Origin: an uncultured Chloroflexia bacterium
Lineage (GTDB): Bacteria; Chloroflexota; Limnocylindria; Limnocylindrales; CSP1-4
Length of the DNA: 64,000 nt
Direction: 5' to 3'
Assembly: GCA_963795645.1 (NCBI GenBank)
Contig: CAWCIK010000006.1
Coordinates: forward strand, 1,097,523-1,161,522
Part shown: positions 47,110-57,028 of the stretch, one piece after another
Numbering within the stretch: position 1 is the stretch's first letter
Layout: each line of letters begins with the position of its first letter
Program-made: the position numbers and the translations under genes
The notes under the pieces: model-generated
What the model saw: the letters and a program-made list of their open reading frames with translations, nothing else
Databases searched by the model: none
What the model was told of the DNA's origin: nothing

Positions 47110-48128
47110 TGCTCGAGCTCGATGACGTCCGTGTCGCCTATGGCGAGACAGTGGCCGTCGACGGCGTCTCCCTGACCGTCGATGAGAACGACAGAGTCGC
47201 GCTCCTTGGTCCAAGCGGCTCGGGCAAGTCGACGCTGCTGCGCGCCATCGCCGGTCTCGAGCCGCTCGCCGCCGGCACGATCAGCCTGGACGGCCGCGAC
47301 CTCGGCGCGGTCGCGGTCCACGAGCGCAACTTCGGCCTGATGTTCCAGGACTACGTCCTCTTTCCGCAGCGCGATGTGCGCGGCAACGTTGCCTTCGGCC
47401 TGGAGATGCGCGGCGTCGCGGGCGCGGCCCTTGACCAGCGCATCGACGAGGTCCTGGAGCTCGTCGGCCTGCTTGGATATGGGACGCGACGGACCACCGA
47501 GCTGTCGGGTGGTGAGCAGCAGCGCGTTGCCCTCGCGCGCGCCCTGGCGCCACGACCGCGTCTGCTGATGCTCGACGAGCCACTCGGCGCGCTCGATCGG
47601 GTGCTGCGCGCGCGCCTGCTTGACGAGCTCGCGACCGTGTTCGGCGAGCTCCGGGTCCCGATCGTGTACGTGACCCATGATCAGGAGGAGGCCTTCACGG
47701 TCGCCGAGCGCGTGGTCATCATGCGCGACGGCCGGTCGGCCGCTGCCGGCAGCCCGGTCGGGCTCTGGTCACGGCCTCCGGATGCATGGACGGCGAGCTT
47801 CCTCGGGTTCCATAACGTGGGCGACGCCGACATCCTGGCCGGCGTCGCGCGCAGCCCGTGGGGGCAAGTGCCACTGCCTGCCGAGGCCGATGGTGCGGTC
47901 ACGCTCGTGCTGCGGCCAGAGTCGCTCAGCCTGATCGGCCAGGGCGGCGCGATCGACGGCCGGGTTACCGCGCTCAGGTTTCACGGTGACCACGTGCGCG
48001 TCGCGATTGCCGCGGACGGAGGCTCGTCGCTCGAGCTCGAGGTGCGCGAGGGACCTCTGCCGGAGATCGGTCAGCGTGTCTCGGTCGCGGTCGATGCCCG
48101 GCGCGTCAACGTCCTGCGCCGCGGATAG
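47109..48128 (+). CDS. ABC transporter ATP-binding protein with C-terminal TOBE-like domain
   Basis: Walker A 'GPSGSGKST', signature 'LSGGEQQRVALARAL' and Walker B 'LLMLDEP'. Its start overlaps the permease stop by 1 nt. Confidence 0.88.
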   Translation: MLELDDVRVAYGETVAVDGVSLTVDENDRVALLGPSGSGKSTLLRAIAGLEPLAAGTISLDGRDLGAVAVHERNFGLMFQDYVLFPQRDVRGNVAFGLEMRGVAGAALDQRIDEVLELVGLLGYGTRRTTELSGGEQQRVALARALAPRPRLLMLDEPLGALDRVLRARLLDELATVFGELRVPIVYVTHDQEEAFTVAERVVIMRDGRSAAAGSPVGLWSRPPDAWTASFLGFHNVGDADILAGVARSPWGQVPLPAEADGAVTLVLRPESLSLIGQGGAIDGRVTALRFHGDHVRVAIAADGGSSLELEVREGPLPEIGQRVSVAVDARRVNVLRRG

Positions 48129-48133
48129 GTGGC

Positions 48134-49156
48134 TCAGCGCCACCCGAGATCGGGTGCCACGTACTTGAGAATGCTCTCGATCGCGTGGGCGTTGTACTCG
48201 ACGCCGAGCTGATTGGGGACGGTCAGGAGGAGCGTGTCGGCCGCCGCGATGGCCTCGTCGTCGGCCAGCTCCCTGACCAGCACGTCGGGTTCTGCGGCGT
48301 AGCTCCGGCCGAACACTGCGCGCGTGTTCTCGTCGAGCCAGCCGATCTTGTCGCTGTCGTCGTGCTCGTGGCCGAAGTAGGCGCGGTCGCGATCGTCGAC
48401 CAGCGCAAAGACGCTCCGGCTGACCGACACGCGCGGCTCGCGCTCGTGACCGGCCTCCTTCCACGCCGCCCGATATGCCTCGATCTGCTTGCGCTGCTGG
48501 ATGTGCAGCGGCTCGCCCGTCTCGTCGAACTTGAGCGTGGAGCTCTGCAGGTTCATGCCCAGCTGGGCGGCCCAGATCGCGGTCGAATCGGTCGCCGCGC
48601 CCCACCAGATCCGATCGCGCAAGCCGGCCGAGAACGGCTCGACTCGGAGCAGGCCGGGCGGGTTGGCGAACATGGGCCGTGGGTTTGGCTTGGCGAAACC
48701 CTCGCCCTCGATCACCTCGAGGAATGCCTGGGCGTGGCGGCGTGCCATGTCCGCATCGGTCTCACCTTCAGCCGGCACGTAGCCGAAATAGCGGAAGCCG
48801 TCGATGACCTGCTCGGGCGAGCCGCGGCTGATGCCGAGCTGGAGCCGCCCGCCCGCGATCAGATCCGCTGCACCGGCGTCCTCGGCCATGTACAGCGGGT
48901 TCTCGTAACGCATGTCGATGACGGCCGTGCCGATCTCGATGCGACTCGTGCGCGCGCCAACAGCCGCCAGCAGCGGAAACGGCGACCCAAGCTGGCGCGC
49001 AAAGTGATGGACGCGGAAGTACGCGCCGTCGGCGCCGAGCTCTTCCGCGGCGACCGCGAGCTCGATCGACTGGAGCAGCGCGTCGGAGCCGCTGCGCACC
49101 TGGGAATAGGACGACGCCGCCCAATGGCCGAACGACAGGAACCCGATGTGCTTCAC
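48134..49156 (-). CDS. LLM-class flavin-dependent oxidoreductase
   Basis: Luciferase-like pattern: 'ELGADGAYFR.HHF', 'IGTAV' and 'GGRL.LG.SRG'. Confidence 0.85.
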   Translation of the reverse strand: MKHIGFLSFGHWAASSYSQVRSGSDALLQSIELAVAAEELGADGAYFRVHHFARQLGSPFPLLAAVGARTSRIEIGTAVIDMRYENPLYMAEDAGAADLIAGGRLQLGISRGSPEQVIDGFRYFGYVPAEGETDADMARRHAQAFLEVIEGEGFAKPNPRPMFANPPGLLRVEPFSAGLRDRIWWGAATDSTAIWAAQLGMNLQSSTLKFDETGEPLHIQQRKQIEAYRAAWKEAGHEREPRVSVSRSVFALVDDRDRAYFGHEHDDSDKIGWLDENTRAVFGRSYAAEPDVLVRELADDEAIAAADTLLLTVPNQLGVEYNAHAIESILKYVAPDLGWR

Positions 49157-49182
49157 CCGGCAATGGTAGTTAGGCTTTAACG

Positions 49183-49692
<510 letters not shown>

Positions 49693-49722
49693 CGAGGCAT
49701 CGCCCGTGGGGGGAGACGAGCG

Positions 49723-50547
49723 ATGCCTCGCGGCGAAGGATACACAGTCGCCACGCTCGCGCAACCGCCAGGAGAGCCCCTTGAGACACGCTCAATGACC
49801 GACTTTGAGAAGGCCCAAAACGAGCCCGTCAGCGCCCACGAAGAGCGGCCCGAAAGGGTGCTTGTGATCGTCGCTCACCCGGATGACGCGGACTTTGGCG
49901 TGGCTGGAACGCTGGCCAAGTGGATTCGCGCGGGCACCGTCGCGCGGATGGTGTGCTGCACCAGCGGCGATGCCGGTGCCGACGACGCCCGTATCGACCC
50001 GCTCGAGCTGGCCACGACGCGTGAGGCCGAGCAGCGTGCGGCGGCCGCCGTCGTGGGTTACGAGACGGTCGATTTCCTGCACCGTCCAGACGGCGCGCTG
50101 GAGAACGATCTGGCACTGCGCGAGCAGCTCGTGCGCATCATCCGCGAGTTCAAGCCCGACGCCGTCGTGTGCATGGATCCGACCGTCGTCGTCCACGAAG
50201 ACGGGTACATCCAGCACGTCGATCACCGCACCGCCGCGATTGCCGCGATCGATGCGGTCTACCCGGCGTCGCGTAACGCGATGGCCTTTCCGCATCTCGT
50301 CCTGAACGAGGGCCTGGAGCCACACAGCGTCGACATCGTGTACCTCTTCTTCACCGACAAGTCGACCGTGTGGGTCGACACGTCGGACACGATCGACGTC
50401 AAGATCGCGGCGCTGCGCGAGCACACCAGCCAGCTGCGCGAGCCCGAACAGCTCGAGGAGATGCTGCGCCGCTGGGCGGCGGAGGGCGGTCAGAAGATCG
50501 GGACAGCGGCAGCCGAGTCGTTCCGCCTGATCAAGATGGGCCGCTAG
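49723..50547 (+). CDS. PIG-L/LmbE family deacetylase
   Basis: 'VIVAHPDDADFG' and 'HVDHR' zinc-ligand motifs. The ATG at 49795 is an alternative start. Confidence 0.85.
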   Translation: MPRGEGYTVATLAQPPGEPLETRSMTDFEKAQNEPVSAHEERPERVLVIVAHPDDADFGVAGTLAKWIRAGTVARMVCCTSGDAGADDARIDPLELATTREAEQRAAAAVVGYETVDFLHRPDGALENDLALREQLVRIIREFKPDAVVCMDPTVVVHEDGYIQHVDHRTAAIAAIDAVYPASRNAMAFPHLVLNEGLEPHSVDIVYLFFTDKSTVWVDTSDTIDVKIAALREHTSQLREPEQLEEMLRRWAAEGGQKIGTAAAESFRLIKMGR

Positions 50548-51676
50548 GCGCCGTCAGCAGCAGCGGGCGCAGGCGCCCCCACATATCCCACACCTCGGCG
50601 AGACGACTCGAACGGTTTCCCAGGCAGGCTATTACCCGGTCCAGGTCGAGATCCGGCGCGCTCGTCGCGAGGTACTCCTCGACGAGGACTGTCGTTCCCT
50701 GCCACAAGGCGTCGATCCCCAGCTGATCCGAGGGCCGATGCAGCGCGCGTGGGTCAAGACCCATGTGCGACAGACTGATGACAAGCTCGCGGATTGTCGG
50801 CGAGCGGCTGTCCATCCATCCGGAGCGCCCGTCGAAGCGGTAGCCCATGGACGCGAGGCTCGCGGCGACCCGCCCTGCGTCGTCGGCCGCGAATTGGCCC
50901 CAGAACGGGTGCCCGTCGGGGAAGCGAAACGCCATCTGCTCGAGGGCTCGGGCCGCGACCTGCTCGCGCAGCTCGAGCAGCAGTAGCTGCAGCCTGCCGG
51001 CTTCCACGCCCGTCTCTTCGGCCAGGCGCAGGGCCAGCGCGAGCAAAGTCTGTCGGTCGCCGCGCAGGAGGAGCGATATCGGAAGTACGACGGGTTGCCC
51101 GTTCGATGGCGGCGCGCCGGGGACGGGCGATGTGGTGGGCGGGACCCGGCCCTGAATCTGGCGCTGGGCCTCTTCCTCGCATGCGGCAAGGTCGCGCCGC
51201 GCGTTCATGCACGTTGCGTGTGCCGCCTCGGCCGCGATGCGCGCGGCGTCGGCGGCCAGCTCCATGCCCGGCAGCGCGTTCTCGAGCTCCGCGGCGCGGC
51301 GCGCAACATGCTCGGCCCTGCGATCGGCCATCATTACCTGCCTGTTGAGCCTATCCATGTCACGCAGCCAGACTCGCGCCGCCTCGTGGATGTTGCCGCG
51401 GTCGGTGGCTTTGATTACCGCCTGTCGATACGTCGAACGTGCTTCGTCCTTCGCCGCGCTGAGCAGCCGGCGGTCGCGTACGCGGGCATCGGCATCGCGC
51501 AGCGCACCGACCTCCATCAGCTCCTGTCTCACGTCGCGCAGCCTGCGCTCATGCGCCACCCTCGCCTGCGCGAGCCGTTCGGCCTCGGAGCAGGTCGCAT
51601 CGACGTCGGTCCGCGCTCCAGCGCACGGTCCCGACGGTGGCGCTACCGTCTGCGATGTGGCGATCGACATTTGCAC
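50531..51676 (-). CDS. Hypothetical coiled-coil protein
   Basis: The N-terminal ~170 aa are Arg/Ala/Glu-rich heptad-like sequence. A Pro-rich linker follows, then a ~190-aa globular C-terminus. I recognise no family. Confidence 0.55.
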   Translation of the reverse strand: MQMSIATSQTVAPPSGPCAGARTDVDATCSEAERLAQARVAHERRLRDVRQELMEVGALRDADARVRDRRLLSAAKDEARSTYRQAVIKATDRGNIHEAARVWLRDMDRLNRQVMMADRRAEHVARRAAELENALPGMELAADAARIAAEAAHATCMNARRDLAACEEEAQRQIQGRVPPTTSPVPGAPPSNGQPVVLPISLLLRGDRQTLLALALRLAEETGVEAGRLQLLLLELREQVAARALEQMAFRFPDGHPFWGQFAADDAGRVAASLASMGYRFDGRSGWMDSRSPTIRELVISLSHMGLDPRALHRPSDQLGIDALWQGTTVLVEEYLATSAPDLDLDRVIACLGNRSSRLAEVWDMWGRLRPLLLTAPSGPS

Positions 51677-51774
51677 GAGTGTGGCCGTGCCCGGTGCTGT
51701 CGTCTACGGAACGATCGGGTTAGGAATGCCGAGCCAGGCGGCGACAATTCGCTGCGTGTCAGAGTCGGCTGCCG

Positions 51775-53685
51775 ATGCTACGATCGTCTCGGTGGCGTCC
51801 GAGCACAGCCTGCCCCACGAGGTCTGACCTTTTGGCCATCGATCCCAACCAGGAATTTCTGGTTCAGCCTGTCGACGCCTCCTGGCTCCAGTGCAATATC
51901 GAGTGTCAGGAAGCGTGTCCCGTCGGCACCAACTGCCGCGGCTATCTGAACCTGGCCGCTGAAGGCCGCTTCGAGGAGGGTTACATCCTCGCGCGCGAGC
52001 CGAACCCGGTGGCGGCGATGTGCGCCTATGTCTGCTCCGCGCCGTGCGAACGAGCCTGCCGACGCGGTGATATCGACCGGCCCTTGTCGATCCGGGCCAT
52101 GAAGCGCTTCCTGACCGAGTGGCACCAGGCATCGGGCATTCCCGACGACATGCCCCAGATCACGCCGCGCGACACCAAGGTTGCGGTCGTTGGGGCCGGA
52201 CCTGCCGGAATCTCCGTCGCGCGCGAGCTGGCCGTGGCCGGCCACCAGGTGACCGTCTTCGACGAGCTGCCCTATGGCGGCGGCACGATGCTCATTGGCG
52301 TCCCTGCCTTCCGCCTCCCGCGCGAAGCAATCGACATGGACCTCAAGCTCGTCGAGCGCCTGGGCGTCCGCTTCCGGTTCGGTGTGCGCATCGGCCGCGA
52401 CATCACTTTTGAAGAGCTCATGGAGCAGTACGACTCGGTCGCGATCTGTGCCGGGGCCATGAACGCTGTTCCGCTAGACGTCCCCGGCGGTGACCTGGAA
52501 GGCATCCAGTACGGCGTCGACTACATGAAGAAGGCCAACCTGGGCGAGCCGCTCGAGGTCGGCAACAACGTCGTCATCGTCGGCGGTGGCTACACCGCGA
52601 TGGACTGCTCGCGAACGTCGTTGCGCTACGGCGCTGAGAACGTGACCATCGCCTATCGCCGTACCCGCTCCGAGCTCGTCGTCGACGAGGAAGAGCTGGG
52701 CGAGACCGAGCGCGAAGGCGTGAGCATGGAGTTCCTGGTCAGCCCGGTCGAGGTTCTTGGCGACGACAAGGGACGCGTGCGCGCGGTCAGGTTCATCCGC
52801 AATCGACTCGGTGAGCCTGATGCGACCGGCCGCCGCGCACCGGTGCCGATAGACGGCAGCGAGTTCGAGATCGCGGCCGACACGGTCATCCCCGCCGTCA
52901 GCCAGGCCGCGGACAACACGTTCCTGCCGGTCGAGTCGAGCTTCGAGGTCAATCGAGGCCGTGTCCGAGTGGATCCGGGCACGTACGCGACCAACGTCCG
53001 CGGTGTCTTCGCGTGCGGCGACTTCGTAACCGGGCCGACGACGCTCATCGAAGCGGCCGGGCACGGCAAGAAGTGCGCCTACGCGATCGACCGCTACCTG
53101 TCCGGGCGACGCGAGGTCGACGTCGATGCCAACGTGCGCATCGTCAGCTCGACGCGTCACGAGATGCCCGACTTCTACGACGTCCTGCCGCGCGTCCACG
53201 TCCCCATGGCAGCCGTCGCCGCGCGCTTCCCATCGACCGAGCCGAAGGTCAACTTCACCACACCGGTCGAGATGGGTTACAGCGCGCAGCAGGCGATCAC
53301 CGAAGGCACGCGCTGCCTCATGTGCAACTACAACATCTGGTTCGACCCGTTCCGCTGCGTGCTGTGCGGCGCTTGCGCGGATGTCTGCCCAGAAGGCGTC
53401 ATCCACATGATCGACATCAACCAGATGAAATCGGAGGGCCCGCTGCCCGAGCTGGTCGACGCCTACGGCTGGTCCGACGGGGCCGCGATGGTGCTCGACG
53501 AGGAGCGTTGCATCCGCTGCGCGTTGTGTGTCAAACGGTGCCCGTACGACGCTATTACCATGGACCGGTTCGAGCTCCAGGAGATCAGCAGCGACGGCCG
53601 GCTCTACAAGGAGAGCTACCGGGATACCCAGTTGGGGCTTGCTGGTGTCGGTAACCAAGCCGATGCGGGAGGTTGGATTCGTTGA
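51775..53685 (+). CDS. GltD/NfnB-like NAD(P)H-dependent flavo-iron-sulfur oxidoreductase with C-terminal 2x[4Fe-4S] ferredoxin domain
   Basis: N-terminal Cys clusters ('[15 protein letters not shown]', '[13 protein letters not shown]'). Two dinucleotide folds ('[10 protein letters not shown]', '[13 protein letters not shown]'). 'ACGD' motif. C-terminal '[12 protein letters not shown]' and '[12 protein letters not shown]'. A TTG at 51832 is an alternative start. Confidence 0.85.
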   Translation: MLRSSRWRPSTACPTRSDLLAIDPNQEFLVQPVDASWLQCNIECQEACPVGTNCRGYLNLAAEGRFEEGYILAREPNPVAAMCAYVCSAPCERACRRGDIDRPLSIRAMKRFLTEWHQASGIPDDMPQITPRDTKVAVVGAGPAGISVARELAVAGHQVTVFDELPYGGGTMLIGVPAFRLPREAIDMDLKLVERLGVRFRFGVRIGRDITFEELMEQYDSVAICAGAMNAVPLDVPGGDLEGIQYGVDYMKKANLGEPLEVGNNVVIVGGGYTAMDCSRTSLRYGAENVTIAYRRTRSELVVDEEELGETEREGVSMEFLVSPVEVLGDDKGRVRAVRFIRNRLGEPDATGRRAPVPIDGSEFEIAADTVIPAVSQAADNTFLPVESSFEVNRGRVRVDPGTYATNVRGVFACGDFVTGPTTLIEAAGHGKKCAYAIDRYLSGRREVDVDANVRIVSSTRHEMPDFYDVLPRVHVPMAAVAARFPSTEPKVNFTTPVEMGYSAQQAITEGTRCLMCNYNIWFDPFRCVLCGACADVCPEGVIHMIDINQMKSEGPLPELVDAYGWSDGAAMVLDEERCIRCALCVKRCPYDAITMDRFELQEISSDGRLYKESYRDTQLGLAGVGNQADAGGWIR

Positions 53686-54410
53686 GCTTTCTTGAGCGTG
53701 TAGACGTGGCCGTGAGACGCAGCGCCGTCTTCCGGTCGCTCTTCCGCCAGCCGTATCCGACGGACGAGCGGTCGCGTGCCTACGCGGTCATGAACAACGT
53801 GTTCCTGCACCTCCACCCGGTGCGCGTCAGGCAGCACGCTGTCAAGTTCGCGTACACCTTCTGCCTCGGTGGCCTGTCGTTCTTCTTCTTCCTCGTGCTG
53901 ACCGTGACCGGCGTCTTCCTGATGTTCTTCTACGTGCCGTCCTCGACGTCCGCGTACGACGACATCCTGCGCATCCAGGCGGAAGTGCCGTTCGGGCTGC
54001 TGACGAGGAACATCCATCGCTGGGCCGCGCACCTGATGGTCTTCTTCGTCTTCCTGCACATGATGCGGGTCTTCTACCACGGGGCCTACAAGCCGCCGCG
54101 CGAGTTCAACTGGGTTGTCGGCGTGCTGCTGCTGTTCTTCACCGTGGCCCTGTCGTTCACGGGCTACCTGCTGCCCTGGGATCAGATCGCGTTCTGGGCG
54201 GTCACGATCGGCAACAACATCGCCTCGTACGTGCCTCTCCTGTCGAAGCCCTCACAGCTGCTCATCTTCGGCGGCATCGAAGTCAGCCAGAACACGCTCT
54301 TACGCTTCTATGTCCTGCACGTGATCCTCTTACCGCTCACTGCGGCTATCTTCCTCGCCGTTCACTTCTGGAGGATCCGGAAGGACGGCGGCATCAGTGG
54401 ACCGCTCTAG
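53673..54410 (+). CDS. Cytochrome b6-type (N-terminal four-helix half of cytochrome b)
   Basis: '[22 protein letters not shown]' and '[34 protein letters not shown]' haem-ligand helices (14-residue His spacing in helix D), plus 'FCLGG'. Overlaps the upstream gene by 13 nt. Confidence 0.92.
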   Translation: MDSLSFLERVDVAVRRSAVFRSLFRQPYPTDERSRAYAVMNNVFLHLHPVRVRQHAVKFAYTFCLGGLSFFFFLVLTVTGVFLMFFYVPSSTSAYDDILRIQAEVPFGLLTRNIHRWAAHLMVFFVFLHMMRVFYHGAYKPPREFNWVVGVLLLFFTVALSFTGYLLPWDQIAFWAVTIGNNIASYVPLLSKPSQLLIFGGIEVSQNTLLRFYVLHVILLPLTAAIFLAVHFWRIRKDGGISGPL

Positions 54411-55055
54411 ATGACACAAGACAAGTCCCGACTTCCGGCTCCCACTGCACCAGCGGAGCCCGCCGCTCCCAAGCGCACCGCGCTGCCCGCCGCCCCGCCC
54501 GAGCGACGGACGACGGAGATCGACAAGCAGCGCGTGCCCATGGCTGCCAAGCCATATCGGCTGCTGGCGCTCGTCAAGCAGGATGCTGTTGTCCGCGTCC
54601 AGAAGGAGCCTGACGACACGGTCATGACCTGGCCGCACCTGCTCTCGATCGAGTTCTTCGCGGCGGCAATGATGAGCATCTTCCTGCTCCTGATGGGCGT
54701 GTTCATCAACGCGCCGCTGGAAGAGCTGGCCAATCCGAACACGACGCCCGTTGTGGCCAAGGCGCCGTGGTACCTCGTTGGCATCCAGGAGCTCCTCGCC
54801 TACTTCCACCCCGTGGTGGCGGGCGTGCTGTCCATCGCGTACATAATCGTCGGCCTGATAGTCATCCCGTATATCGACCGCGGACCGCAGGGCGATGGCG
54901 GGTCGCCGCGACCGAGCAACCGCAAGCTGGGCATCATCCTGTTCACGATGTTTGCCGCATCCGGCCTGGTGATCACGTTCATGGGCGCCTTCTTCCGCGG
55001 TCCCGGGTACAACTACATCCTGCCGTGGCAGGACGGACTCTTCTTCGCTCTTTAA
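54411..55055 (+). CDS. Cytochrome b subunit IV-type (C-terminal half of cytochrome b)
   Basis: Three TM helices and a Qo-loop 'KAPWYLVGIQELL' that corresponds to the PEWY region. The ATG directly follows the upstream TAG. Confidence 0.85.
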   Translation: MTQDKSRLPAPTAPAEPAAPKRTALPAAPPERRTTEIDKQRVPMAAKPYRLLALVKQDAVVRVQKEPDDTVMTWPHLLSIEFFAAAMMSIFLLLMGVFINAPLEELANPNTTPVVAKAPWYLVGIQELLAYFHPVVAGVLSIAYIIVGLIVIPYIDRGPQGDGGSPRPSNRKLGIILFTMFAASGLVITFMGAFFRGPGYNYILPWQDGLFFAL

Positions 55056-55070
55056 TGGGGGCTGCGTGAC

Positions 55071-55739
55071 ATGGGCAATTGGAAATTGGCCCGCTGGCAA
55101 GAACCACAGACACTCACTCGTGACGTGCTGCGCGAGATGCGCAAGGGCCGGCCGGCCGGGATGTCCCGACGGACGCTCATCCGCCGCTCGATCGGCGCTG
55201 GTGTGGCTCTATGGCTTCTGGAAGTGACCGGCGGCATGCTCGGATTCCTGTGGCCGAACCTGTCGAAGGGTTTCGGTGGCCAGATCGAGCTCGGCGACGA
55301 GGCGACCGTCGCGGGCAACCCGGCGGTTCAGGGCGTGACCCTGTCCGACGGCGCACCGGCGTACTACTCCCAGGCGCGCACCTACGTCCAGCTGATCGAC
55401 TACGAGCGAGGCTTCAGCGACGGCGTCAGCGTCGACGGCAGCGGTGCCGACACCAATGTGCGCACGATCTACCAGCGCTGCCCGCACCTGGGCTGCAAGC
55501 CCAACTTCTGTACCAGCAACTACTGGTTCGAGTGCCCCTGTCACGGCTCGCGCTATGACCGCCTGGGCACCAAGATCAAGGAGCTCGGACCCGCGCCGCG
55601 GAGCATGGATCGCTTCGCGCACAAGGTGGCCTCAGGAGTGCTGACCGTCGACACGTCCAAGATCACTCTCGGCCCGCTGCCCGTCGCCCTGGGACAGCCC
55701 GGCCTGATTCCGGCCCGCTCCCCGCAAGGCTGCATATGA
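55071..55739 (+). CDS. Rieske [2Fe-2S] protein
   Basis: Twin-arginine N-terminus 'SRRTLIRRSIGAG' and the cluster boxes 'CPHLGC' and 'CPCHGS'. Confidence 0.92.
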   Translation: MGNWKLARWQEPQTLTRDVLREMRKGRPAGMSRRTLIRRSIGAGVALWLLEVTGGMLGFLWPNLSKGFGGQIELGDEATVAGNPAVQGVTLSDGAPAYYSQARTYVQLIDYERGFSDGVSVDGSGADTNVRTIYQRCPHLGCKPNFCTSNYWFECPCHGSRYDRLGTKIKELGPAPRSMDRFAHKVASGVLTVDTSKITLGPLPVALGQPGLIPARSPQGCI

Positions 55740-57028
55740 CGGACGAGCGCACCGGCCGCGAGCTGACGCCCCGCTCCGAGGAGCCGGATTCCGCGGTAAC
55801 GCCGCGCGAACCGGCTGTTCCGGCGCCCGGCTCGCAGGCGGTCGAGCGCTTCTCTGGCGGCACCCGAGCCCACACCGTCGGGCTTACGGAAGAGCGCGCC
55901 ACGAAGATCGTCAAGCAGAGCGGCAACGCGCGCATGATCGCGTTCCTGGGCGCGCTCTTCCTCGTCCTGTTCATTCCCATCTACTGGCTGTACGACATCG
56001 GGCTGCCGGTCGTCGGCGTCGAGGGGCGCCTGGCCAACGAGGCTCAGCAACAGCAGGTGACGGACATCTCGCGCGGCTATGCGCTCTTCCTGGCCAACTG
56101 CGCGCGCTGCCACGGCGCCAACGGCGAGGGTCTTGTCGGCCCGGCACTCAACGATCAGGCCAAGCTGTACAACACGATCACCGCGGCCGGCGCCGCGGGA
56201 CCCGGTCATCTCAACCCCAACTATCTGCAGACGGTCCTCCAGGTTGGCGGCCGCTACGTATGCGGCGATCCGAACAGCGTTATGCCCATCTGGGAGCAAC
56301 CGAACGGGCCGCTCAACTATCGCCAGATCCAGGAGATAATCGACTGGATCACGGCCAGCAGCGACATCTCGTTCACCTACCAGCCGGCCGTCGCCGAGGG
56401 CAATGCCGGCGCCACGGCACCACCGGCGGTCACGATCCATGGCTGGCGTGACCCGACCTACACGCCGGCGCCCGGCGCCACACCTGTGCCGGCCTGCTGG
56501 CGCGGCGACAACACCGGCTCCGGGTCGGCTCAGGCAACGCTCGCGCCGGTCACGAGTCCGGGTACGGCCGAACATCCGCGCGAGATCGACGTCGAGGGCA
56601 CCGACCAGCTCAAGTGGGTCGACCCGGCTACCGGCCAGCAGATCACCCAGCTCGCGGTCGTGGCCGGCGAGGTGATCGAATTCAAGGTCGACGTAAACAG
56701 CTCCACAGCGCACAACTTCCACCTCGGGCCGGCCGGCAATCTGGCCACGGCACCCGAGCACAACGATCTGCCCGGCCTGGACACGTTCGCCAACTCGACC
56801 GAGACCTTCCTGTACACGGTGCCGCCGGCCCTGACATCCGATGCGCAGTTTGCGTGCACGGTGCCCGGCCACTACCAGTCGGGCATGCACGTCGACCTGA
56901 TCGCGCAGGACTCGTCTACCGAGCCTGGATCGCCGGCGCCTTCGGCAGCTCCGGATGCATCGGCTGCCCCGGCGGAGTCGGCCGCGTCGTCCGCGGCACC
57001 ATCACCGTCAGCGGCGCCTTCGCAGTAG
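55736..57028 (+). CDS. Membrane-anchored monohaem cytochrome c fused to a type-1 copper (auracyanin/plastocyanin-like) cupredoxin domain
   Basis: TM helix 'MIAFLGALFLVLFIPIYWLY'. One 'CARCH' haem site with a distal 'VMPIW' Met. C-terminal 'AHNFH' and 'CTVPGHYQSGM' copper ligands. ATGA overlap with the Rieske gene. Confidence 0.85.
   Translation: MTDERTGRELTPRSEEPDSAVTPREPAVPAPGSQAVERFSGGTRAHTVGLTEERATKIVKQSGNARMIAFLGALFLVLFIPIYWLYDIGLPVVGVEGRLANEAQQQQVTDISRGYALFLANCARCHGANGEGLVGPALNDQAKLYNTITAAGAAGPGHLNPNYLQTVLQVGGRYVCGDPNSVMPIWEQPNGPLNYRQIQEIIDWITASSDISFTYQPAVAEGNAGATAPPAVTIHGWRDPTYTPAPGATPVPACWRGDNTGSGSAQATLAPVTSPGTAEHPREIDVEGTDQLKWVDPATGQQITQLAVVAGEVIEFKVDVNSSTAHNFHLGPAGNLATAPEHNDLPGLDTFANSTETFLYTVPPALTSDAQFACTVPGHYQSGMHVDLIAQDSSTEPGSPAPSAAPDASAAPAESAASSAAPSPSAAPSQ

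Noticed and set aside
52474-53658. 394-aa minus-strand ORF
   Set aside because: It runs antisense to the GltD-like gene, whose Rossmann and Cys-cluster motifs are in the plus frame.
55553-56890. 445-aa minus-strand ORF
   Set aside because: It runs antisense to the Rieske and cytochrome c-cupredoxin genes, which carry unambiguous cofactor motifs. Arg/Gly-rich shadow frame.
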